Shown: positions 37,561-49,412 of the stretch, piece after piece | How positions within the stretch are numbered: the stretch's first letter is position 1 | Layout of the letters: every line of letters begins with the position of its first letter | Origin: Ginglymostoma cirratum | Taxonomy: Eukaryota | DNA length: 64,000 nucleotides | Direction of reading: 5' to 3' | NCBI GenBank assembly: GCA_024137785.1 | Contig: JAHRHZ010000021.1 | Location: forward strand, 41,504,442-41,568,441 | Notes under the pieces: generated by a model | Seen by the model: only the letters and a program-made list of their open reading frames with translations | The model's database searches: none | What the model was told of the DNA's origin: nothing | Translations under genes and position numbers: made by a program

Positions 37561-37677
37561 TGCCCTTACCAGAATTTGCTTGTTACTGGTGCACAGGCCA
37601 CATTGGTGTTTTTCCTAGTGGTGGAAATATTGAATAAAGTTCTTGCACAATGATGAAAATAAAATAATCAGGGGTTT

Positions 37678-37793
37678 GGGCTTTCTTGTGGCACAGTGGT
37701 AATGTTCCTACCCCAGAACTGGGGGGCCTAGGTTCAAGTTCCATCTCCTCCGACGTGTGTAATAACATCTCTGAACAGGTTGATTAGGAAAAA
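37678..37793 (+). mobile_element. Short tRNA-derived SINE
   Basis: tggcacagtgg A-box, ggttcaagttcc B-box, taataacatctctgaacagg tail. Confidence 0.7.
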
Positions 37794-37821
37794 TGGGTTA
37801 TGTTTAAAAAAAATCATAAAC

Positions 37822-37920
37822 AGGGATAACAAGGTGTAGAACTGGATGAACATGGCAGGCCAAGCAGCATCAGAGGAGCAGGAAAGCTGACATTTCGGGC
37901 CTAGACCCATCTTCAGAAAA
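37822..37920 (-). mobile_element. Family B terminus with hammerhead-like core
   Basis: Reverse complement CTGAAGA-T-GGGTCTAGGCCC-GAAAT-GTC. Confidence 0.7.
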
Positions 37921-37924
37921 TGTT

Positions 37925-38460
37925 CATTTGTAATGTAATTCTCATCCTCACCATCTTGCCTTTTCCCCATAATCCTTGATCCACTTACTTTTGAAAATTC
38001 TGTCTATCTCATCTTTACAATAAACTTAATGACTGAACCTTGACAGCCCTCTTCAATAAAGAATTCCAGATTCACGACTCTGTGAGAAGAAATTCCTCCT
38101 CATCTCTACGTTTTACACAGGCAACCCTTTACTCTGAGATCATGCCCTTTAGTCCTATATTCTTCCAGAAGGGGAAAATCACCTGTCCACATCTACCCTG
38201 TCAAGAGCCCTAAGGATCTTGCATGTTTCAATAAGATCACCTCTCATTCTTCTAAACTTCAATGAGCACAAACACAACCTATTCAACTTCAACTAAGAAT
38301 TTCCCTGCATACTCGGGATCAACCTAGTGAATCATCTCTGGATGGCCTCCGAGGCTAGTATATCTTCCCTTTGATAAGGAGCTCAGAAATTCTAGGTGTG
38401 GTCTTATGATTGCCACGTACATTTATAGCAAGACCCCCCTGTTTTTATAATTCATTCGGT
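37925..38460 (-). mobile_element. CR1 3' remnant
   Basis: gtttcaataagatcacctctcattcttctaaac. Confidence 0.75.
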
Positions 38461-38708
38461 CATGATATATGTGTTAGTGCACTGGAAAGTAAACATTGTT
38501 GTTCCTGGAGTTGACATAAAAGTTAAACGTTATAAAGAATGTATGGGAAGATTCTGCATTTCTTCTCAATTTTACTTTTCCTAATACTTCCACTGGTTGA
38601 CAAGAGTTCTTTTGCTTGTCAACAACGTGTGCTTGGTTTTCAGGTAACTGAACAGCTTGGGACTGGGAACATGATCTAGAGAAGTGATCAGATCTCCATC
38701 AGCTCAAG

Positions 38709-38710
<2 letters not shown>

Positions 38711-38740
<30 letters not shown>
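38711..38740. repeat. (CT)15 microsatellite
   Basis: Direct reading. Confidence 0.95.
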
Positions 38741-38743
<3 letters not shown>

Positions 38744-39839
38744 CTCTGCAAGAAAACCCATTTTAAACCTGAAGAAACCCAGATTTTGTCCTTTAGCAGT
38801 TGCTGTAAACTGGCATTATTAATAGATTTATCAGAGATCTTTTGTAAGTGAAGCAGCCACCATATGCCTCTTGCAGACAGCTCCTGAGCTGGTGGAGATC
38901 TGAATACTTCTTTCTGGTAGACAAAAGGCCTTTGTCATCAGTAACTGGTCACTAATCTATTGAACAATCAAATTCTTGTTGCCAACCTAAGCTTCATCCG
39001 CATATAGAACCCCTTCAGCTCCAGTTCGTCTGCAACCTAATCTTGTCCAAGCAGCCATATAAATGATGCTTGCCATGAGTGTTATGTTACTTGCTTATCA
39101 AAACAAGCTACAATCCTTTAAAGACAGTTTTAAAACAGTTATTTCTCATTTCTGTCTACAATTTTAAAAAGCAGAATAACACAGTCTTTACAATTTCATT
39201 TGAAATAAAGGTCAACTTTCTGTTTGCCTTTCATGTTACTAGCTAAAGTTGGATGCTACCTTTTTTGTGAACCATGCATGAAGATCCCTATATCCCTCTG
39301 CACGGCAGCATACTGCAGTCTTTTTCTGTTTAAAGGAGATTCAACTTTGCTGTTCTTCTTGACAAAAGACATAACCTCACACGTTCCCACATCATATTCT
39401 ATCTCTCAAGATTTCTTCATACACTTCATCTGTCTATATACCTTTGTAGCCTCCTTTTGTCACCCTCACTAACTTGTCTTCCTACCTATATTTGTGCAAT
39501 TGGTGAACTTGATGAGAGTGCATCACTTCCCTCATACAATTCCGTAATGAGCATTTGTTATCACATTTGAGGGAAGTATATGTTTGGGGTTCTGATAGTT
39601 CGATGGGACAACTCCCTTTTTTGATATTTAATATATCTAATATTGTGCATCAAATGTGCTGCAATGTTTCAAGAAGGTAGCTCACTACCACCTTCTGAAG
39701 GGCAAGTAGACAATAAATACAAGCTCAGCCGACAATGCCCACATCTTATGAATAAAACAAAACCCAGAATGGTATACAAGTCATAATTACAATGTAGATG
39801 AGGATATGTAACTTAGGCCTGAAGTAAATGTCAAAAGAA

Positions 39840-40950
39840 TTGTAGTAGACTTGAGGAGAACATTGATGGACTCGTGAAACATGCAGAAAATTGGCAGATT
39901 AAATTTAATACAGAGATATTGAAATCATCCAATACAGAAAGAAGGAATGAGATGAGATAATAATCAGAAATTAGAGCATTAGATAGAGGTTACAGAACCA
40001 GAGAGGCCTGAGTGTTTAAACAAATTTTTGAAGATGATAGACAAGTTGAAAGACATAATCAAAGACCCCACCCACCCTGATTATACTCTCTTCCACCCTC
40101 TTCCATCGAGCAGAAGATACAAAAGTTTGAGAACTTGTACCAACAGGTTTAAGAACAGCTTCTTCCCTGCTGTTATCAGATTTATGAACAGACCTCTCGT
40201 ATTAGAGTTGATCTTTCTCTGCATCTTCTCTGTAGCTGTGACACTATATTTTGCATTTTGTGCGATTATCTTGATGTGCTGATGTACGATTTGACTGGTT
40301 AGCATACAAAACAATACTTTTCACTGTATCTCAGTACACATGACAGTAATAAATCAAATCAAGTTGAGAAGGTTTACTAAGAAAAAAGGGTTCCTTGGCC
40401 TTATAAATATAAATCGTAATGTTATTCTAAACCTTTATAAATCACTGATTCGGCCTCAGCTGGAGTGTTGTATCCAATTCTGGGTATCTCACCTGTGGAA
40501 GGATGTCAGTACCTTGGGAAGGTGCATTAGAGGCCACTATGAGAAGGATAACGGGCAAGATAGAGTTCAGGATCTGTGGGGACAATAAGAAAGCTGGTGT
40601 TCTTTTTAACGCGGGGGGCTTAAAAGGAGATTTGAAAGAGATGTGAAAACGAATAATGAATTTGCTGGAATTAATAGGGAAACACCACAAAAGTAACCAA
40701 AAGAATAGATTTAAAGCAATTCACAAAAGAGGCAGAGGGGCATGACTGGGTCGACTTGATGGAGAATGGGTTACCTGGAATCAGATTCAATAGCGACTTT
40801 CAAAAGGGAACTATATAAATACTTGGGAAGGATAAAATAAAAACTATGGGATATGAGAAAGAGCAAGAGATTGGAACTAACTCAATAGCCCTCTCAATGA
40901 GCCAGTACAGGCAGAATGGGCTGAATGAACTTGGATTGTGTTGCATGATT
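39840..40950 (+). mobile_element. CR1 remnant interrupted by the Rex1/Babar insertion
   Basis: LNLYKSLIRPQLECCIQFW. Confidence 0.7.
40050..40359 (+). mobile_element. Rex1/Babar-type LINE 3' end nested in CR1
   Basis: IIKDPTHPDYTLFHPLPSSRRYKSL..TNRFKNSFFPAVIR, (AAATC)n tail, TSD caagttga 40042-40049/40360-40367. Confidence 0.75.
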
Positions 40951-41069
40951 ATATGTTTCCAGTCAATGTGAGCCAGTTAACACACCCATCCCAGCACTAG
41001 GGCACATTTTGAAAGCATTTGACTGCAACATTTTAAAAAAAAAATGTAAAGTACGTATCCTAAAGACTG

Positions 41070-41165
41070 AACAAAAATTACTGGAAAAAGTTCAGCACGT
41101 CTGGCGGCGCCTGTGGAGAGAAGTCAGAGTGAACACTTCGGATCCGGTGACCCTTCCTCGGAATG
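41070..41165 (-). mobile_element. Family A mini-element just upstream of SULT4A1 promoter
   Basis: ctggaaaaagttcagcacgtctggcggcgcctgtggagag...cggatccggtgacccttcctcggaa. Confidence 0.7.
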
Positions 41166-41329
41166 GGGTTAACTGGTTTGGGTAGAAAAAGGGATGGGGC
41201 ACATCCACTCGGGTTGCGGAAAGGTCGGTGCAGTGGGGTTAGTTGGTGCATTTTAAGTTCAGTTTTTGCTTTGTCATGGACGAATATTTCAAAGGAGTCA
41301 CGATCTCCCTGGCACCTTTCAAGGAGGAG

Positions 41330-41800
41330 TTCGTGATTTGAACGGAAAGATGCTGCGAGCAGGTTTTGAGTGAGTGGGGTTTTATTGTCGGCGGACTGGG
41401 AGCGGGTGTCTGCGCCTTTAAAGCTGCCGGGGAGGAGGCTGGAGCCGCTGCGGAGTCCGGGCTGTTAGCAGCGGAACAGGAGCTAAAAGGAGAGCGGGCT
41501 GTGTGCTGAGGCCGTGCCCCCCGCCCCCGGGAGGATGGCAGAGAGTGAGGCAGAAACCCCCAGTACCCCGGGAGAGTTCGACAGCAAATACTTCGAGTAC
41601 AATGGAGTGCGGCTGCCTCCCTTCTGCAGGGGGAAGATGGAGGAGATCGCCAACTTCCCGGTCAGGGAGAGTGACATCTGGATCGTCACCTACCCCAAAT
41701 CCGGTAGGAACCCTCTATCAACACCACCACCCACAGCCCGCTCCGGTACCTGCAAACCCCGGGGGGTTGGGGGTACAGGGTACCCGGAGCCAGCAGCTGG
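41330..41800 (+). promoter_or_regulatory. CpG island / promoter and 5' UTR of SULT4A1
   Basis: Local GC and CpG enrichment against AT-rich background; TTTAAA TATA-like at 41417-41422; GC box CCCCGCCCC near 41519-41527. Confidence 0.7.
41535..41703 (+). CDS. SULT4A1: Sulfotransferase 4A1 exon 1 (MAESEAETPSTPGEFDSKYFEYNGVRLPPFCRGKMEEIANFPVRESDIWIVTYPKSG)
   Basis: Kozak-type AGGATGG, 5'PSB motif TYPKSG(T), donor G|GTAGGA, 169 nt. Confidence 0.97.
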
Positions 41801-41869
41801 ATCCTGTCACATCCTACACTAACCCTGAGCCGCAGTGAACAAGCTGCAGAGACACAGCTACAAGCTAAC

Positions 41870-42610
41870 AGCAGCCCCCACCCCCAGGGATAGATCAATT
41901 CCACTCCCCCCACCTCCCTAAACACATACACACACACAAAACCATCACCCTATCTACCCGCCCCCCTCCCCACAACATTCCCTCATCCCCCTCCCAGATT
42001 TCCCCCACAACTCTCAAACCCCACATCCCTACCCTTCCCTCCAGCTCCACAGTCCCCCACCCCCTCCAGCCCCCAACAACTCTTCCACACCCTTGTTCCT
42101 CCTGCCCCCATGTTCTGCCACCCCACATTCTGCCCCCCTGTTCCCCACCCATTTCACCCCCCCCACCCATTCCAGCGCCCCACTCATTCCACCTACATTC
42201 TCCTTTCACCCCCACTCCCACCTCCACACTCTCAGCCATCTCTACACTCCCTGACCCCCTTCATCCCCCCCCCAACACTCACCTCCCCACACTCTGTCCC
42301 ACATCCACACTCTTGCACACCAAAGCCACCCATTACCCACTTCCACACTCCCTGACTCCCACCCCCACACTCTTGCATGCCAAAGCCACCCATTACCCCC
42401 TTCCACCCCTACACAAACACAATCACCCCTCTCTCCACCGTCCCTCTACGTGTTTCTTCCAATACAACTCCCCATCAACCACTGGCCCTCCTCAACCCCA
42501 CACAATATAGCAGTATCACCATTTTCCCATCTCCAAATTCTTATACATCACTTCACCCACATCCCAAGAGGGTAATCCCATAGCATACATTCCCCTGCCC
42601 CTCCCCCGTA
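41870..42610. repeat. C-rich low-complexity tract with a 60-bp-period duplication (42305-42406)
   Basis: Near absence of G on + strand; ccacactcttgca..ccaaagccacccattaccc.cttccac repeated 60 bp apart. Confidence 0.85.
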
Positions 42611-42647
42611 CATAGCTACTCCCAAAAATCATGTTTCTCCTCCATCC

Positions 42648-42790
42648 CAAAACAGAAATTGCTGGAGAAACTCAACAGATCTGGCAGCATCTGTGGTAAG
42701 AAAACAGAGTTAACCTTTCGAGTCCATTGACTTTTCATCAGACCAACATTTATTATTTCAGGTTTTCAGCATGCATAATTCTTTGTTTTA
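42648..42790 (-). mobile_element. Family A mini-element with CUGAUGA...GAAA core (42716-42741)
   Basis: Reverse complement CTGATGA-AAAGTC-AATG-GACTC-GAAAGGTTAAC. Confidence 0.7.
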
Positions 42791-42799
42791 CCACAGCAT

Positions 42800-43930
42800 A
42801 CGTGGTTAGAATAATAGGTGTGTTTCCCAATTGACAGGGTATGATTCATGGTGTCTCAGAAATCTGCACTGGGCCTGAGGTTTTCAATATATTTATCAAT
42901 GAATTAATCAGTGGATTAACAAAGAAATAGTCTTTGTCCAAATTTGCTGGTGCCACTGCTAGTTAGTAAAATTAATGGTGTAGATTGCAACAGAAAGTTG
43001 AAGGGGGGCATTAACAGATTAAGTGACAGTGCAAAACTGGCAGATGGAATTCAGAAACGAAAATGAAGTTGATGGAAAAGCTCAGCAGGTTTGGCAGCAT
43101 CTGTGAGGAGAAATCAGAGTTAACGTTTCGGGTCCGGTGACCTCTTCTTTCGGTTTTTAGATGGAATTCAGTGTTGGGAACTGAGAGGTCATTCCCATTT
43201 GGCCTGAAGAATGATATAGCGGCTTTTTTAAAAATGATATACTAGAAACTGTGAACAAGCCAAGAGAAATCAAACTCCTGTATGGATGTCACTGACATCA
43301 ACTGAACAGGTGGAGAAAGAAAAATTAATAGGAAGATGAGTAAACATTAACCCTTGTTTTGAGGGGACAGGAAATGCAAAGTTAAGACACAATTATATTA
43401 AAAACCCTGGTTACATTCTACCTGGAGTATTGAATGGGAGGACTGCATTCAGTACAGGACACTCCACGTCAGGAAGGGACACAGAACAGATTCAACAGAA
43501 TGATACAGGTTTCTTATTTAAAAGAAAATTAAATATGAGGACAGGTTTCATAATTTAGGCTTGTATACCCTTTGATATTGAAGATTAAGAGATGATCTAA
43601 TTGGCGAGTTTAAGATGGTTCAAAGATTTGACAGGTGGATTGGTGTATGTTATTTCCCCTGCTGGGGGAGACCACAATAAGGGGGCATAACGTTAAAACT
43701 CAAGGTAGGTTGATCAGGAGTGATGTCAAGACGATGCAAGGATAGTGTAGATCTGGAACTCTCCTCCCCCCAAAATGCTGATGAGGCTTGGTTGATTGAA
43801 AATGTCGAAAGTAAGATTGATGGAATTTTGCTGTTTAGATTTATAGAGAGCAAAGGTGAGTAGGTTGAGTTAAGGTACAGAGCTAATGAATGGCACAATG
43901 TGTTTGAGCCTATTGCTGTTCTTCCAATCC
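42800..43930 (+). mobile_element. CR1 RT remnant
   Basis: tatatttatcaatga..aaatttgctggtg..tggcagatggaatt; interrupted at 43055. Confidence 0.7.
43055..43158. mobile_element. Family A mini-element inserted in a CR1 fragment
   Basis: Perfect 13-bp TSD agatggaattcag (43042-43054, 43159-43171). Confidence 0.8.
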
Positions 43931-46900
43931 ACATCTGTTCATGCCCAGTATCCTTCTCCCCACCTCTCTGGATATGTGTTGCAAAGGTGACTTATACCCC
44001 CTCCTTACCATCCCCCACCCACGGCAAACCACAGAATATATTAGAAAGTGATTGATGAGCTGCCATCATCTTTTATGTGTTACGGTGATTTGTAAAGGTA
44101 AAAATTATCCTGGTTCGAAAATGATATTTTTGTCACAATACTTGCACAATTTCTCTGTTACTCTGGCCTTTCAAACAACAACCTTGCAAATCTTTCAGGT
44201 TGTTTTAGGTGAATTATCAAGTTACCTTTTCATCAGTTCGCAATCATTGACAAGTGAATTAGTGAGGGTCATTTTCCTGTTAGTCTAAGCTTTCCGGCCA
44301 TTGTGATTTCAGATATATATCATTGTACACCTGGCATTTGGATGAAATCACATTATCATTGATGTTGTGTAAATAAGCAGCATCATATTATGTTGTATCT
44401 TGTTAAATTGCCATGTTCAAAGGTTAACATTCCAGAAAATAGGCTTTATCCCATTGTCTAGCAATATCTCTGTCATTCCAATTTAGTATGACGTCTTCCC
44501 TTTACAATTCTGTGTTTCCTAAGTGGATCCATGCTACTTTTATTGGTTATTGTACTTCATTTTGTTAAGCTTCCGTGTATTATCTCTGACTTGAGCCCCT
44601 GTCAAATGTTTCGTCCCATGAGCCGCATGGAAATTGCCTCAACCCTCTGTTTAAAATAAAAGTGGAAATGTAGTAAATCAGATGAGGCTAGTTGCTGCAT
44701 ACCAAGTAAGCAATTCAGTTTATTTGCAAGCTGTGCCTTGAGAATGTTTCATCAAGCTTATCGGGTCCAGTAGTTGGAGAACCTATACCATTTCCTTCAT
44801 ACTCTGTGTGGTTACTTCATGGATTGAATATTAAAAACACACAAATCTGGGGACTCTCTCTTCATTAATGACACTGCCTATAAGAGACGAAGCTGACATG
44901 ATATGAGTTTGCTTCAGTGCACCAAAAAAACTTCCATTCAAAATGACATGTTCAATAGCATAAGCAGGAATTCACTGATAACAAAGAGGATGTTCATATC
45001 AAATACTTTTCTTAGTGATTTTATTAGAAGCATTACTCTTCTAATGGACATGGTTTCTTGAAATCATCTATTACAGGATTCAGCATATTTTAATGAATCT
45101 TGTACACAGTGAATCCAAATGTGAAATTAGCTGAATTAAACAGATATAAAAGTCCTTGGTGATTGGGTACTTTTGATTTTCCATTATTTTTGCTCTGCCA
45201 ACGTTAAAGTAAAAATCAATGACTGTTGAAATCCAAAAGGCGACAAACAGTGGATGGTGCAATGGGATGAATGCTTTCTTGTCATTTCTGAAAACTTTAA
45301 ATCTAGCAATGATTTATGGCAGACAAGTCTTCCCTGTCAATTTTGTGTAAGGGAAATCAGTTTGGGTAATCTCAATTGTGTATTTGTTCACAACTGAGTA
45401 TGATCCTCAATTGATAATTTTACTTAACACAACCACAGGGAATATTGGTGTGCTAATAGGAAAAGAAATTTATTGGGTATTTCTTCACAGTTGTTTCTTC
45501 ACAATTTAAGGCAAAGGAAACATTACTGTGCAGGGACTTGTGTTATTCTTGACGTAGAAGTGTTCAATTTAAGCAGTGGGAGTCAAACAATAATGTGTTC
45601 CATTTCCTGGTGCTAGCATCTAATTAACATCTTGATAAATACAAAGTGCACTTTAAAAATGAGGAATATGTTTTCTATAACTATAAAATCCTTATAAACC
45701 TTGAATCATAGAGAAAAAGCTTTCAAAATGAAATTTCAAGTAGTGTAAGGATGTGCCTATATTAACATTTTGTATACCTTTACATTCTGGAGTATTTGAT
45801 CACATTGTATTCATGCTCAAATAGGAAGCTAGCAGAATCCCAGTAAAGCTAGAAATTCAAAACAGCCCTGAATGGAAACAGATAGTAAAAGCTTAGTAAT
45901 TCACTAAAGGCTGCAGCTTGGTGTAGGGAATCACATATACATGGAAGTTGTTCTTATCTCCCAACGTTCATCCTTCTCCTAGTCTGTTTCAATTTTATAT
46001 CCTGTTTTTAATTCTATGCCTCTTAATATTCTCCAGTCATCTACAATAGGATACTTTTTGAAAGTTGTACATGCTATGTCCACTGTATCTTGCCCATCAC
46101 GATTCTTTCACTCTATCAAATTTGTAATTAACAAACTTTTTTTCAGAAATCAGTGGTGCCTGCTCCTAATTATATTCTCTTCACACAATATAATTATGTT
46201 TTGGGGAAACAGGGTGAATAGTTTAGCAGGCTAGCTTTGCAATGAAGAAACATACATTTTGAGGACCATTTCCCTTTTATGAACTGACACTTGTTTCTGA
46301 TAGTAGAGATTCAGATGCATGGAAAGTAGATTTTTTTTTTGTCAAATCTACACTTTATTTGTAATAGGATATAATGGACAATATATTCACCATGTGCAGA
46401 GTTCCTAGGTTGAAATCCACATGTTCTAAAGAAGTTTTGAAGAAGGAATCAAGACATTAATTATTCCTTTGATTAAAAAATGGATTGTATTGATTTCAGC
46501 AAAACCTTCACATTTCTACACATTATGCTTTGTTATTAGGTGCATTTTATGATGTATGCCGTAATATACGGTAATGATTGTATGCATTTTGGCAGCATAT
46601 TATTAACCCAGGATCTTGGCTTATCCAAAGTCCAGTTATGGGTGTATTTCATTTTCCTGCAGCCCAACATTGGGGCAACAACTATCTTGGCCCCACTGCC
46701 TTACCACAAAGTATATACTCCTGTCTTTAATTCCATACTCCTTTTTTTCTGAGATTATTTACAACCTTATCTGTAGGTTCAGCTTGTGTTCCTACATAAT
46801 CTCTAACAGAAAAAACACCTCCATAGCAGTATCTTATTCTCCCTCGGGCTTGCCCATCTGCCATTGTAACACTGATCTGTACTTTTGTCACCTCCAAACT

Positions 46901-47244
46901 TTATTCTTTCAAAACAGCGATAAATGTGGATGCTAGAAATCTGTCGTAAAGACAGATAATACTCAAGCTACTATGCAGGCTTGGTGGGAAACTTAGAGTA
47001 AATGTTCCAGATCAATATTTATCCCAAAAGACTTTTTTTGACTTGCGTCTATTTCTTTACCCATATAACTGTGACCATTTTGGATATTTTTCCATGTTAT
47101 GACGTTATTAAACACAAATTCTCGTTATTTCTGTTCATGTTATAGTCATGGATCTTCTCCTGGTCTTTCTGTTGGAGATCCTGGGGCAATCATGTGCATT
47201 TAAAATATCGCAAAATTGATATTATGCACTCATGAGCTGTTTCT

Positions 47245-47655
47245 AGGTCTCAGCGATGTCTCACTGGTAGCACACATGCCTCTGATTCAGAAGCTGGTTA
47301 GCGCACTCCAAGAGTTGAACATATAATCCAGGTTTTTTTCTTCACTGCAGTACTAAGAGAATGCTGCATTGACACACTGGTGTTATATTTCGATATGCTG
47401 TCTCAGATGTGTAAATGATCCTCATGGCATGATTCAAAGAATTTATGTTCTAGGCAATATTTATCCCTCAACCAGCGTCACAGAAACAAATCATCTTATC
47501 AAATATGGCATTGCTGCTTGTAAAATCTTTGTAGAACTCAAATTGATTGTCACTTTTCCTACATTACAGCAGCATATTTAAAATTACTTAGGTCCCTTCC
47601 TAGTCATTTAGAATATTCTGAGGTTGTGAAAGATATTTGTATAACTACAAGTTTC
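47245..47655 (+). mobile_element. DeuSINE-superfamily (SacSINE1/AmnSINE1-like) SINE, degenerate
   Basis: Deu-domain-like gatcctcatggca...ggcaatatttatccctcaacca and tail tttcctacattaca...ctgaggttgtgaaag. Confidence 0.65.
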
Positions 47656-48302
47656 CCTTTCCCTGTTTTCCCACCCCATCTCTCTTACACTCTTGTCTTT
47701 GCACAACCTTTGACTGTCCTCCCCCTTTCTCCCCCTGTTAGGATTCCTGGAGCCTGAAAACAGCCAATCTTTGCCTTTAGACAGAGATAATTTACATTTT
47801 TCCGATTATTAAATATGTGAGAAAATGCTACGGGGCAATTTTCCATGGGTTGTAATTGGAATTAGCACCGGAAGGAATCATTCAGACTGTTAAAGTAGGA
47901 AATTACAACAATACTTAGACAAGTTAGAATGTGATACATTGAATTTGGGTTGATGCAGCAAACTGGCTAATTTTAAGGCTTTTGAGGAAGGGGCTGAAAG
48001 CGACACTGAACAGAAAGCACAGAACAATGAACTAAACTGGGTGCAGTCCCACTGTATGTTCAATTCACTTTGCCCCTAACTGCTTTGTTGATTTTTGGGC
48101 TCAGCACGTCTTTGCCATGAATACAAAACACTTGTCAACATATTATTCACCCCATATTTTTCCTTATTTGTGTCTTTCAGTAGATGTTTTTTCATTAAGG
48201 CGAGTGACTTCATGTGGAACAATGGGCACTATTAGGTCATTAGAAGCTGTAGCGACCAATGAGTGTTGCACAACGTGGATTTTAAAGTCACAGCCAGTAT
48301 TG

Positions 48303-48524
48303 AAGTAAAATCACCATGGTCACTGAGGAACATAGGACTGCTCTCTCATTAGAGGGTGATGACTGGTAATGGTTTAACCTGAGAATCACCATGACCCAGG
48401 TGAGGGGAGAGGTTGAGAAGGTGGGACCTTCACGGTTAATCTCAACTGGTGCAGGAATTGAACCTGCACTGTTGGTGACTCTGCATCACAAACCAGGCAT
48501 CCATCCAACTGAGCTAACAGACCC
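48303..48524 (-). mobile_element. tRNA-derived SINE
   Basis: Reverse complement gggtctgttagctcagttgg...ggttcaattcc; second copy at 53690-53893. Confidence 0.7.
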
Positions 48525-48645
48525 TGTCATAACCAACGTTACCCCTCACCCCACTACTGATATTTATACAATGTCTGCCTCCACTGTGGATGAGTGGACT
48601 GCTCGTGTAGTTTGAAGAAGGTATGTGGTTGGGAATATGTTATGT

Positions 48646-48950
48646 GGCATGGTGGCACAGTGGTCAGCACTGCCTCACAGTGCCAGGGACCTGGGCTCAA
48701 TTCCACCCTTGGGCGACTCTCTGTGTGGAGTTTGCACATTCTGCATGAGTTTCCTCCGGGTGCTCCGGTTTTCTCCCACAGTCCAAAGATGTGCAGGCTA
48801 GGTGGATTGGCCATGCTAAATTGCCCGTAGTGTTCAGGGATGTGTAAATTAGGTGGGTTCTAGGGGGATGGGTCTGGGTGGGATGCTCTGATGGTCGGTG
48901 TGGACTTGTTGGGCCAAAAGGCCTTTTTCCACACTGTAGGGGTTCTGTGA
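48646..48950 (+). mobile_element. HE1-type SINE, near full length
   Basis: Same head, core and tail as the 1147 copy. Confidence 0.85.
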
Positions 48951-49281
48951 AAGTATAGAGCTCCAATAGGGAGGGTTGTTTGTGTTGCAAGCATAAAACT
49001 AGACTTGAGCAATCAAGGCTCATTTTATGAACCAATAACAATAGAGTTTTGTAAAAGTTCGATTACAAGCTTGAGAAGTAATTTTGAATATTTCTGTAGA
49101 AAATTAAATAGGTAGAAGAGAGTAAATGATGGATAATTTGTATGAGGAGTGGGCTTGAATGGCTATTGTATTATCCCATGGTCATATTTTTCAAAGGAGA
49201 TTAACCTTCCATCAATAAAATGCTGCACGTTAATCCTTTATCATTCTGAATAGAAAATACAAGGGCGGCTTGAAAAATAAC

Positions 49282-49412
49282 ACATTTCGGAAGAAGGTCC
49301 CCGACCTGAAATGTCAGCTTTCCTGTTCCTCTGATGCTGCCTGGCCTGCTGTGTTCCTTCAGCTCCATACTTTGTTATCTTTGACTCCGGCATCTGCAGT
49401 CCTTGCTATCTC
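49282..49412 (+). mobile_element. Family B terminus
   Basis: cggaagaaggtccccgacctgaaatgtcagctttcctg...gactccggcatctgcagtcc. Confidence 0.7.

Noticed and set aside
41895-42583. Gly/Trp-rich and Pro/His-rich ORFs
   Set aside because: Artefacts of the C-rich low-complexity tract.
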